Positions 49,801-57,388 of a DNA stretch of 64,000 nt are shown here, piece by piece. Every line of letters starts with the position of its first letter. Position 1 is the first letter of the stretch. The stretch spans positions 1,312,001-1,376,000 of the forward strand of contig OY970178.1 of the NCBI GenBank assembly GCA_963707915.1. The letters are read 5' to 3'. A model generated the notes under the pieces. That model was given only the letters and a program-made list of their open reading frames with translations. It was not told the origin of the DNA and searched no databases. Source of the stretch: Candidatus Eiseniibacteriota bacterium. Its GTDB lineage: Bacteria > Eisenbacteria > RBG-16-71-46. The translations under genes and the position numbers were made by a program.

Positions 49801-52746
49801 GATGCCGGTCGCGATGGCGGCCGTGTAGCTCGCGCCGCCGTCGGTCGAGTAGGCCAGGTCCACGCTCCCCACGCCGGCGTCGTCGGTCGCGGTCCACGTG
49901 ATGCTGTGTGGCGAGCCGACGGCCCAGGACTGCCCGCCGTTCGGCGCGGTGACCGTCACCGCCGGGGCCGAGTGGTCGATGCGCACCTCGGCCGCGGTCC
50001 CGACCGCCGCCGGCAGTTTCGAGTCGTCGCAGGTGCCGAGCGACCAGCGCAGCACCGTGACGGTGTCCACCGCGCTCGCGGCCGCGCTCGACAACGCCAC
50101 GTCGAACAGCGTGGCGAGCGCCTGGTCGGAGCCGCACGGGCCGGCCACGACCGCGCCGTCCGCGCGGTACAGCCCGCCGCCGAGGTCGGTGGCCTGGAAG
50201 CTGGTGGTGCGCCCGCCGCCGGCGAGGAAGTCCCCCTCGGTGATGCTGCCCACGCCCGCGGGCAGGGCCAGGTGCGAGGAGAGCCGGAACGTCACGCTGA
50301 AGGTCCGGGCCAGGCTCGCGCCGCTCCGCGAGACCCGGACGGGCACGGTCACGGTCGGGTGGTCCGGCGAGATCGTGGTGGGCGGGGCCACCGCGTCCGC
50401 CGTGGCCGCGGGCTCGTCCACCATGAACGTCGCCCGGATGCTGTGGGCTTCGGTCACGCCCGTGAACCGGTAGGTCGTGTCCGGCGCGACCACCGTCCCG
50501 TCCACGACCAGGCTGTCGACCTGGTAGCCCGCATCCGGGGTGATGGCGAAGGCCTGGTCCGCCCCGTGAGGCACCGCCACGGACGGCGACGGGCTGATCG
50601 CGCCGTGGGCGCCCGCGCTCGAGACGACCGGGTAGGTGTTGATGGCGAAGGTGGCCCGGATCGTGTGGGGCGCGGTGACGTTCGTGAACGTGTAGGTGCT
50701 CTCCGGCGTCACCGGCGATTCGTCCACGTAGAGGCTGTCCAGGTGGTGGCCCACCGCGGGCGTCATCGTGAACACGATCGATCCGCCGTTCACCACCGAG
50801 ACCTCGCCCGCGGGATCGATGGTCCCGTTCGGGCCGGCGCTCGCCGTGATGGTCCGGCCGGTGGTCTGGCCGATGGCGAAGTCCCCGAACCCGTCGGCTC
50901 CCAGCACCTGCGTGCTCGTGGAGGCCCGCGTCCCGACCGCCGGGTACGACCAGGCGCCACCCTCGCGCCGGCCGACGATGAAGATCCCGGGGTCGGCACC
51001 CCCCTGCAGGTCGCCGCCCGTGAAGTGGAAGGTCGCGTCGTAGGGCCCGGTCACGCCGCCGCTCAGCAGCGTCCAGGCGCGCTTCACGTACCGGGCCTGG
51101 CTGATCATCGAGGAGGCGAGGTCCGGCGGCACCTCCGCCGCGACCCCGACCGTGAGGTCGCCCGCGCCCGTGCCGTCGCCGAAGGTCAGCTCCACCGGCG
51201 TGTAGTCGGTCGCGTCGCCGATCTCGAACACCGGGACCGAGGCCCCCGCGGGCACCGCGCGCTGCAGTCGGCCGACGACGTAGCCGCCGCCCGAACGCGT
51301 GAGGCTCGAACCGGCCGGCAGGATGACCTTGTTGCCGCCGGTCGTGATCCGGCCCGCGCCGAGGGCCAGCGTGCCGTTGACGGTCAGGTCGCCGGAGCCC
51401 AGCGCCATCCCGCCGCCGTCGAACGTCAGGTTCCCGGGCACGGTCCGCGGAGCGTCCGGCAGGGTCACCACGCCCTGCTCGACCACGACGTGCTGCGGGA
51501 CGCCCGCGCCGGCGGCGCCGCCCGCTCCGCTCCACTCGGGTCCCACGGCGGTGCCGCCCGGCGCGTTGTAGACCAGGTTCGAGTTCCCGCCGTAGGTCGG
51601 CGCGACGGCGAGCGAGCCGCCGGTGTCGATCCGGAGCGTGCCGTTGACCGCGGTCGTCCCGCTGTTCGTCAGCGGGGCCGCGATGGCCAGCAGGGCGCCT
51701 TCGTTCACGGTCGTCGTGCCCGGCAGGGTGAGCGCGCTCTGGACGAAGACACCGCCGGGATTGCCCACCGTGACGTTCGCGAGACCGTTGAACGTGAGCG
51801 TGCCGCCGTTGGAGACGGTCTGCGCCGAGGTCCCGCCCAGGGAAATCGCGGCCGCGGCGGTCGGGTTGAAGTCGAGAGTCGCGCCCGGGGCGACGGTGAG
51901 GTCCCCCTTGATCACGACGCTCAGGAGCTGCAGGTGCGCCGCCCCCGAGGTCATCGTGAAGTTGTCGCAGGTGAAGGGGGGCGTCCCCGTCGAGATCCGG
52001 TTGTACGCCGCGAAGTCGATCTCGAAGTCCGCGCAGGCGCGGTTGGCGAAGCTGGGGGCGGAGTTCTGCCGGAACGAGAACAGGCTCCCGCTCTGGAAAT
52101 TGACCTTCGAGTTGGGCGCGGAGAGCCCGTAGGGATTGGCGCCCGCCAGCTGGATGAACGACGAGCCCGAGGTGAACAGGATGACGTTCGCCGTCCCGGA
52201 ACTGGTGAAGACGTTGCCGGTGCAGCCGATCCCCTGGGTGAACGTCGCGCCGCTGCCGAACTGGATGGCGCTGACGCTGGCCGCGTCGAGCTTGTGGGGG
52301 CCGCCCGAGAAGGTCATCGCCCCGCCGACGGCGCCGGTCGCACCCGCGGAGAGCGCGAGGGTGAGCACGGTCGCGCCGCTCACGTTGAGCTGCGTGCCGG
52401 CCGGCACGGACAGGTCGGTTCCCGGCCCGCCGGAGATGGTGAGCACGTTGGTCGCGCCCGCCTGGAGGGTCACCGCCGAGCCGTTGGACACGAGCAACTG
52501 CTGGATCGACAGGGCCGGGACCGCCGTCACGGTGAACGTGCCGCCGCTGCCGAACTGGACGACGTCGCCTGCCGCCGGGGCCCCGCTCGGAGTCCAGTTC
52601 CCGGCCAGGGTCCACGCGCCGCCGCCGGCGTTGTTCCAGCTCTTCGTGGCCGCCCCGGCCGCGGCGCCGAACGCGACGCTGAGGGCCGCCATGAGGCCGG
52701 CGATGACCGCCAGCCGGGTTCCGAAACGACTCGCCGAGGTGTTCAC
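46807..52746 (-). CDS. Giant secreted adhesin-like protein: beta-rich N-terminus, nine InlB-B-like repeats, cohesin-like, dockerin-like, cohesin-like, FlgD
   Basis: GGAGG RBS and GTG 52746; signal peptide; WTLAGNWTPSGAP start; 74-aa repeats; shared YPEYDD/RDFYYY/GTLNYHLGDV/FEDL cassette. Confidence 0.88.
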   Translation of the reverse strand: MNTSASRFGTRLAVIAGLMAALSVAFGAAAGAATKSWNNAGGGAWTLAGNWTPSGAPAAGDVVQFGSGGTFTVTAVPALSIQQLLVSNGSAVTLQAGATNVLTISGGPGTDLSVPAGTQLNVSGATVLTLALSAGATGAVGGAMTFSGGPHKLDAASVSAIQFGSGATFTQGIGCTGNVFTSSGTANVILFTSGSSFIQLAGANPYGLSAPNSKVNFQSGSLFSFRQNSAPSFANRACADFEIDFAAYNRISTGTPPFTCDNFTMTSGAAHLQLLSVVIKGDLTVAPGATLDFNPTAAAAISLGGTSAQTVSNGGTLTFNGLANVTVGNPGGVFVQSALTLPGTTTVNEGALLAIAAPLTNSGTTAVNGTLRIDTGGSLAVAPTYGGNSNLVYNAPGGTAVGPEWSGAGGAAGAGVPQHVVVEQGVVTLPDAPRTVPGNLTFDGGGMALGSGDLTVNGTLALGAGRITTGGNKVILPAGSSLTRSGGGYVVGRLQRAVPAGASVPVFEIGDATDYTPVELTFGDGTGAGDLTVGVAAEVPPDLASSMISQARYVKRAWTLLSGGVTGPYDATFHFTGGDLQGGADPGIFIVGRREGGAWSYPAVGTRASTSTQVLGADGFGDFAIGQTTGRTITASAGPNGTIDPAGEVSVVNGGSIVFTMTPAVGHHLDSLYVDESPVTPESTYTFTNVTAPHTIRATFAINTYPVVSSAGAHGAISPSPSVAVPHGADQAFAITPDAGYQVDSLVVDGTVVAPDTTYRFTGVTEAHSIRATFMVDEPAATADAVAPPTTISPDHPTVTVPVRVSRSGASLARTFSVTFRLSSHLALPAGVGSITEGDFLAGGGRTTSFQATDLGGGLYRADGAVVAGPCGSDQALATLFDVALSSAAASAVDTVTVLRWSLGTCDDSKLPAAVGTAAEVRIDHSAPAVTVTAPNGGQSWAVGSPHSITWTATDDAGVGSVDLAYSTDGGASYTAAIATGIANSGSHLWTVPNTLSTTVRVRVTAHDVNGNSATDASDADFTIGLYSLTATAGPHGSIAPPSASVEHGATQPYTITPDPGYHVDSLTVDGVPVPVVLPFSLADVQSDHAVRVTFAIDRFTIAASAGAHGTIDPSGGVAVDYGADQGFAISPSSGYHVDSLTVDDVPVAPATSHTFTNVTADHSIRATFAIDTYTIMASAGAHGAIDPSGPVTVDHGADQGFTLTPDAGYHVDSLYVDGVPVAPATSHTFTNVTAGHAIHVTFAVNDFTITATAGPHGGISPAGTVGVTRGEDQAFAFAPETGYHVDSLYVDGVPVAPAPGYTFTDLQAGHAIHVTFAINYYSIVASAGAHGAIDPSGPVTVAHGSSLGFALTPGTGYHVDSLYVDGAPVAPATSYTFTNVTTDHTLHATFAIDVFTIAASAGPNGGIDPAGLVPVDYGADRGFAITPATGYHLDSLFVDGSPVAPATGYTFTHVTTDHTLHATFAIDVFTITASAGAHGSISPGGAVAVEYGGSQAFTSTADAGYHLDSLLVDGVPVGPASPYTVADVRADHAIRVTFAVNPAVPGITLLTATQRKTGNAPGSTTAIGIAWPAVGEGDTVEIYRAGFGNYPEYDDGPVPGSVPPLPTAYPPAGRWTRAAAVASPGTSHDDLVPLRDFYYYVAVVTDRYGSHSAVSNMTTGTLNYHLGDVVDPADSLLAGDDRVDVADVSLLGAHYGTTLVAGSRYTALDVGPTADYSANTLPTTDNILDFEDLVVFAMTFARVTAPQASALPVAADRDELMLETVDRVAEGGDVQVGLRMRGTGAVQCLAARLAWDPAVVTPVGWGAGELAGSLGALVLSAAPGAVDAAVLGPGAGFRGDGVAATVTFRALAAGDPKIRLASVDARDARNRPVSLATSLRVPRALPTVTQLAPAAPNPFREATAIAFSLAQGGPVELAVFSVDGRRVRTLVRESREPGEYRVTWDGRDERGHAMSAGVYYVRLRAAQRGFTRTLTYLR
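48121..49669 (-). repeat. Seven tandem ~222-bp coding repeats (divergent InlB B-repeat-like); two more at ~50420-50860
   Basis: Unit TIxASAGxHGxIxPxGxVxVxxGxDQxFxxTPxxGYHVDSLxVDGxPVxPxxxYTFTNVTxxHxIxxTFA. Confidence 0.85.
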
Positions 52747-52878
52747 AGAGCCTCCAGGAGACACGGCTCCCTGCCGGGACGACGCAGGAACCTGCTCGCT
52801 TCGATCGTTCACTTCTCCACCCTGGGTGCCGCCGTCGATGCGCCCCCGGAGACTCCGTCGCGCCCCGGGGGCCCGGTC

Positions 52879-55800
52879 CTATTCCACCCGCACGAGCGTC
52901 CGCGTGAAGCGGCCGTCCGGCGTGATCAGTCGTGCGTAGTACAGGCCGGGCCTGACGGTCCGGCCGCGGTCATCGGTTCCCGTCCACACGGGCCGGTACG
53001 TGCCCGCCTCCATCGTCGCGCGCGACAGCGTGCGCACCCGGCGGCCGTCCACGGCGAAGATCGCGAGTTCCACCGGCCCGGGCCGGGCCAGGCTGAACGC
53101 CAGCGTCGTCGCGCCCCGGAACGGGTTCGGCGCGGCGGCCGCCAGGGCGGTGGCCACGGGCACGGGCTCGGCCGGCCGGCCGTGGCCCAGGCTGGTCTTG
53201 CGGTTTCGCAGGTCGCGGGCGTCCACCGAGGCGATGGCCACACCCGGCGCCCCGGCGGCCAGGGCGCGGAACGTCACGGTCGCGAGCACGCCCGTCCCCG
53301 CGAGCCCGCGTTCCCGCGCGCCGATCAGCGCGGCGTCCACGACCCCGGGCCTCCCCGAGAAGACCACCCCACCCTGCGCTTCGACGAGCGCGCCGGGGCG
53401 GACCCCGAGCGGCTCCGCGATGCGGTGGTCCCAGTCGAGACGCGCGGAGAGGCCCCGCAGGTTGCCGGCCCCGGCGATGCGAAGACTGGCGACGAACACC
53501 TCCCCCGCCGCGACCTGGGTCGGTGCCAGCAGCGTCACCTCGTCGCGCTCGGCCGGCGCCGGACCGGCCTGCGGCTCGGGAGCCTGGTTGAAATTGGTGG
53601 TGAACAGCATGAGGTCCTCGAAGTCGAGCGAGTTGTCGGTGAGCGGAAGTCCTTCCTCGCTCCCGTCGCTCGTGGGCCCCACGTCGAGGCAGCCCAGCGA
53701 GTCGCCGGGCGCCAGGGCCGCGCCGTAGCGGCTGCCCAGCAGCGACAGGTCCTCGGCCCACACGCGGCCGTTCCCTTCGCACCGGGTCACGCCGTCCGAG
53801 ACGTCGCCGAGGGTGTAGCCGAGCGTTCCCGTGGTCAGGGCGGGCAGCGACACGGCGCCGCACTCGTCCTGCACGAAGACCGCGTAGTACCAGAAGTCGC
53901 GCATCCGCGGGTCGTCCTCGTAGGCGGTGCCGCCCGGCAGGCTGGCGATCTGGACCCAGCGCTCCTCGGGCGGCCACGAGGGCACGGCCGGGGCCGAGCC
54001 GCCGGCGTCGTCGTACTCGGGGTAGGCGCCGAAGCCGGTGCGGAACAACTCGATCGTCTTCCCGCTGCCGGGCGCGTCCCAGCTGACCGTGACCTTCGAC
54101 GTGCCGCCGCCGGTGCCCGGGGCCTGCTGCGTCGCGACCAGTCCGCTGACCGGGGCGGGGCGCACGTTCTCGATGACGATGGAACCCGCCGGGCCCGCGT
54201 CCGCGGCGACCGCGCGGTTGTCGCAATCGCGCAGGGCGACCGCGACCGGGGTCACCGTGCCGGTGCCGCTGACGGCGTCGCTCGCGAGGTGGAGCAGGAA
54301 CAGGGTCCCGCTCGACGCGGTCGGCCCGCAGGGCGGGCCAAGGATGACGCCGTCGACGGTGACCAGGCCGCCGCCCAGGTCACGGACCTGCAGCGAGCTC
54401 GCGGGGTTGAAGGAGCCGAAGTAGCCGCCCTCGCTGACCCGCGCGCCGCCGAGCCGCAGGTTCGCGGAGAGCTGCAGTCTCACGCTGAACCCGATCAGCG
54501 GCTCGGCCGTCGTCCGCTGGATGAGCACCGGCATCGCCACGCAGGAGTCCGTGGCGGTGAGGCAGCCCGCGGGCGGCCCGAGCGTCACGGGATTGTCGGG
54601 CGGCAGGATGGGGACCGTGACCATGCCCGGCGACGCCACGCGGCAGGGGATGCCGTCGTTGGCGCAGTCGCGCATCGTGACCGACGAGAGGGTGACGCGG
54701 CCGATGCCGCTGCTCGAATCGCTCGCCAGGCGGAGGGTGAAGAGCGTCCCGCCGGAGGCGGTCGCGCCGCAGGGCTCGCCGAGGATGGCGCCGTCGATGC
54801 TGTAGACGCCGCCGCCCCGGTCCACGACGCCCAGCTGAACGTTGGGATTGGCACCGCTCAGGTAGCCGCCCTCCTCCGCGCGCGCGCCGCACAGGCGCAG
54901 CGACGCGGACAGACGCACGGTGGCGCTGAAGCCGAGCACCGGCTCGGCCGAGGTGCGCTGGATCGTCACCGGCACGCTGACGCAACCGGCCTCGGGCGTG
55001 ATCGACCCGGAGATCGGGCCGAGGGTCACGGGGTTCGCCATCGGTGGCGGCGCGGCGTTCAGCAGCACCGTCACGGTGTTGGTCGAGAAGCAGGCCACGA
55101 CCAGGTCCTCGCCCTGGTCGTCGTTCACGTCCGCGGCCACCACTGAGCGCGCGTAGGTGCCCGCGCCGTACGCGGTCTTGGGAGCGAAGGTGCCGTCGCC
55201 GTTGCCCAGGAACACCGAGACCGAGTTCGACTGCTCGTTCGCCACGACCAGGTCGGGGTGGCTGTCCCGGTCGAGGTCCTTGACGATGACCGACTGGGGG
55301 AAGAGCCCCGCCAGGTGGTCGGTGCGCGGCGCGAAGGTCCCGTCGCCGTTGCCCAGCAGCACCGAGACCGAGTTGGTGCCGCGGTTGGCCACGGCCAGGT
55401 CGAGCCGCGCGTCGCCGTCCAGGTCCGCGATCGCCACCGAGTAGGGCTGCCCGCCGGTGGCGAAGTCGGTCTTCGCCTGCAACGTGCCGTCGCCGTTGCC
55501 CAGCAGCACCGAGACCGTGTTGGAGCTGCTGTTCGCGACCACGACGTCGGGCTTCCCGTTCCCGTCCAGGTCGCCGACCGCCACCGCGAAGGGATCCGGG
55601 CCGGTGGCGTGGTCGGTCCGCGCACGGAACGTGCCGTCGCCGTTGCCGGGCAGCACCGAGACCGTGCCCGCGCCGCGATTGACGACCACCAGGTCCGGCC
55701 AGCCGTCCCCGTTCAGGTCGCCGGTCGCCACGCACATCGGGCTCGTGCCGACCGCGAAGTCGCGCCGGGGCGCGAACGAGCCGTCGCCGAGGCCGAGCAG

Positions 55801-57210
55801 CACGGAGACCGTGGTGGCGCCCCGGTTGGCGATCGCCAGGTCGAGCCGGCCGTCCGCGTTGAAGTCGCACAGCGCCACGCTGACGGGATTCACGCCGGTG
55901 GCGAAGTCGGTCTTCGGCGCGAAGGTCGCGTCGCCGTTGCCGAGCAGGACGGAAACGGTGCTGGCGCCGTAGTTCGCCACCACCAGGTCGGGGGTCCCGT
56001 CCCGGTTCAGGTCGCCGCTCACCACCGCCCAGGGATCGGCCCCGGTGGCAAGATGCCGCTGCACGCCGAACGTCCCGTCGCCGTTGCCGTGCAACACCGC
56101 GACCGTGGCGAAGTCCCAGGTGAACCAGTCGCTCACCGCGAGGTCCGCGTCCCCGTCGCCGTCCAGGTCGCCAATGGCCAGGGCGTTGGGCTGGTTCCCG
56201 GCCCGGTAGTCGGCCCTCGCGGCGAAGGTCCCGTTGCCACGCCCGAGCAGGACCGAGCTGGTGTTCGCGGAGTAGTTCGCGGTCGCCAGGTCCAGGCTGC
56301 CGTCGTGGTCGAGGTCGGCGACCGCCACGGCCTGCGGGTTGGCGCCGACCGCCTGGCTGGTCCTTGGGCCGAAGGTCCCGTTGCCGTTGCCGAGCAGGAC
56401 CGAGACCGTGGACGGCGAGGCGTTCGCCACCGCCAGGTCGAGACGCCCGTCCCCGTTCAGGTCGCCGAGCGCCAGCGAGCGCGGCGCGGCGCCCACGCTG
56501 ACGTCGGTCTTCGGCTGGAAGGTCCCGTTGCCGTTGCCGGGCAGCATCGAGACCGTGCCCGCGCCGCTGTTGGCGACCAGCAGTTCGGGGTTCGTGTCCC
56601 CGTTCAGGTCGCCGATCGCGACCCACATCGGGGTGGCCCCGGCCGCGTACTGGGTCCGGGCCGCGAAGGTCCCGTTGCCGTTCCCGAGCAACACCGAGAC
56701 CGAGTTCGTCCCCCGGTTGGTGACCGCCACGTCCAGTCGCCCGTCGTGGTTGAGGTCGGCCAGCGCGAGGTGCTGGGGGTACGAGCCCGCGGCGTAGTCC
56801 GTCTTCGCGCGGAACGTGCCGTCCCCGTTGCCGAGCAAGACCGAGATCGTGTGGACGGAGTAGTTCGTGACGACCAGGTCCGCGCGGCCGTCGCCGTCGA
56901 GGTCGCCGATCGCGACCGTCTGGGGGTTCCGGCCGGTGGCGAAGTCGGTCCTCGCGCCGAACGACCCGCCGCCGTCACCGAGCAGAACCGAGATCGCGTC
57001 CGAGTTGTAGACGCTCACGGCCAGGTCGGGGTGGCCGTCGCCGTTCAGGTCGCCGATCGCGACGGAGGAAGGGCTGCGGCTGACGTCGAATGGCAGGAAC
57101 GGCGCGTCGAACAGCACCCCGGCACGAACGGGGAACGCAGCGAGCAGGAGCATGGCCCCGGCCACGAGCGCGGCGCTTCCATGGGAAGCCGGCCCCCGAT
57201 CCGCTCTCAT
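52879..57210 (-). CDS. Large secreted FG-GAP/VCBS-repeat protein with two cohesin-like domains and the shared dockerin-cohesin-FlgD cassette
   Basis: 14 repeats PxxVAxGDLNGDGxxDLxV.N...VSVLLGNGDGTF; duplicated NPVTLGP domain; YPEYDD cassette. Confidence 0.9.
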   Translation of the reverse strand: MRADRGPASHGSAALVAGAMLLLAAFPVRAGVLFDAPFLPFDVSRSPSSVAIGDLNGDGHPDLAVSVYNSDAISVLLGDGGGSFGARTDFATGRNPQTVAIGDLDGDGRADLVVTNYSVHTISVLLGNGDGTFRAKTDYAAGSYPQHLALADLNHDGRLDVAVTNRGTNSVSVLLGNGNGTFAARTQYAAGATPMWVAIGDLNGDTNPELLVANSGAGTVSMLPGNGNGTFQPKTDVSVGAAPRSLALGDLNGDGRLDLAVANASPSTVSVLLGNGNGTFGPRTSQAVGANPQAVAVADLDHDGSLDLATANYSANTSSVLLGRGNGTFAARADYRAGNQPNALAIGDLDGDGDADLAVSDWFTWDFATVAVLHGNGDGTFGVQRHLATGADPWAVVSGDLNRDGTPDLVVANYGASTVSVLLGNGDATFAPKTDFATGVNPVSVALCDFNADGRLDLAIANRGATTVSVLLGLGDGSFAPRRDFAVGTSPMCVATGDLNGDGWPDLVVVNRGAGTVSVLPGNGDGTFRARTDHATGPDPFAVAVGDLDGNGKPDVVVANSSSNTVSVLLGNGDGTLQAKTDFATGGQPYSVAIADLDGDARLDLAVANRGTNSVSVLLGNGDGTFAPRTDHLAGLFPQSVIVKDLDRDSHPDLVVANEQSNSVSVFLGNGDGTFAPKTAYGAGTYARSVVAADVNDDQGEDLVVACFSTNTVTVLLNAAPPPMANPVTLGPISGSITPEAGCVSVPVTIQRTSAEPVLGFSATVRLSASLRLCGARAEEGGYLSGANPNVQLGVVDRGGGVYSIDGAILGEPCGATASGGTLFTLRLASDSSSGIGRVTLSSVTMRDCANDGIPCRVASPGMVTVPILPPDNPVTLGPPAGCLTATDSCVAMPVLIQRTTAEPLIGFSVRLQLSANLRLGGARVSEGGYFGSFNPASSLQVRDLGGGLVTVDGVILGPPCGPTASSGTLFLLHLASDAVSGTGTVTPVAVALRDCDNRAVAADAGPAGSIVIENVRPAPVSGLVATQQAPGTGGGTSKVTVSWDAPGSGKTIELFRTGFGAYPEYDDAGGSAPAVPSWPPEERWVQIASLPGGTAYEDDPRMRDFWYYAVFVQDECGAVSLPALTTGTLGYTLGDVSDGVTRCEGNGRVWAEDLSLLGSRYGAALAPGDSLGCLDVGPTSDGSEEGLPLTDNSLDFEDLMLFTTNFNQAPEPQAGPAPAERDEVTLLAPTQVAAGEVFVASLRIAGAGNLRGLSARLDWDHRIAEPLGVRPGALVEAQGGVVFSGRPGVVDAALIGARERGLAGTGVLATVTFRALAAGAPGVAIASVDARDLRNRKTSLGHGRPAEPVPVATALAAAAPNPFRGATTLAFSLARPGPVELAIFAVDGRRVRTLSRATMEAGTYRPVWTGTDDRGRTVRPGLYYARLITPDGRFTRTLVRVE
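55060..57090 (-). repeat. 14 coding FG-GAP-like repeats (~49 aa)
   Basis: 14 DxxxDG-type Ca-binding loops counted in the translation. Confidence 0.85.
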
Positions 57211-57313
57211 CGATCCTCGCCCAGGTGTCGTCACGGTGAGCCAGCGGCCATCCGATCGGCCGACCCCGACCGCGCCGGGCCCGGCCGGCGGGAAGGGTTT
57301 GCCACTCCTTCAC

Positions 57314-57319
57314 ATTATA
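57314..57319 (-). promoter_or_regulatory. Consensus -10 box upstream of the FG-GAP gene
   Basis: Perfect TATAAT ~105 nt upstream of ATG 57210 in high-GC DNA; no clear -35. Confidence 0.5.
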
Positions 57320-57329
57320 CACCAGGGGG

Positions 57330-57357
57330 GGCGGGTCCCGGATTCCCGGGACCCGCC
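57330..57357. terminator. Hairpin between the 57389 and 52879 genes
   Basis: Perfect 12-bp inverted repeat GGCGGGTCCCGG-ATTC-CCGGGACCCGCC, 32 nt after the stop; no U-tract on the coding strand. Confidence 0.55.
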
Positions 57358-57388
57358 TTTCCCATGTCTCCGATTCGAGGCAGCCCGT

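Noticed and set aside
45862..55146. 3094-aa plus-strand ORF
   Set aside because: Antisense shadow of real minus-strand genes. It is R/H/G-rich low-information sequence, kept open by high GC and repeats.
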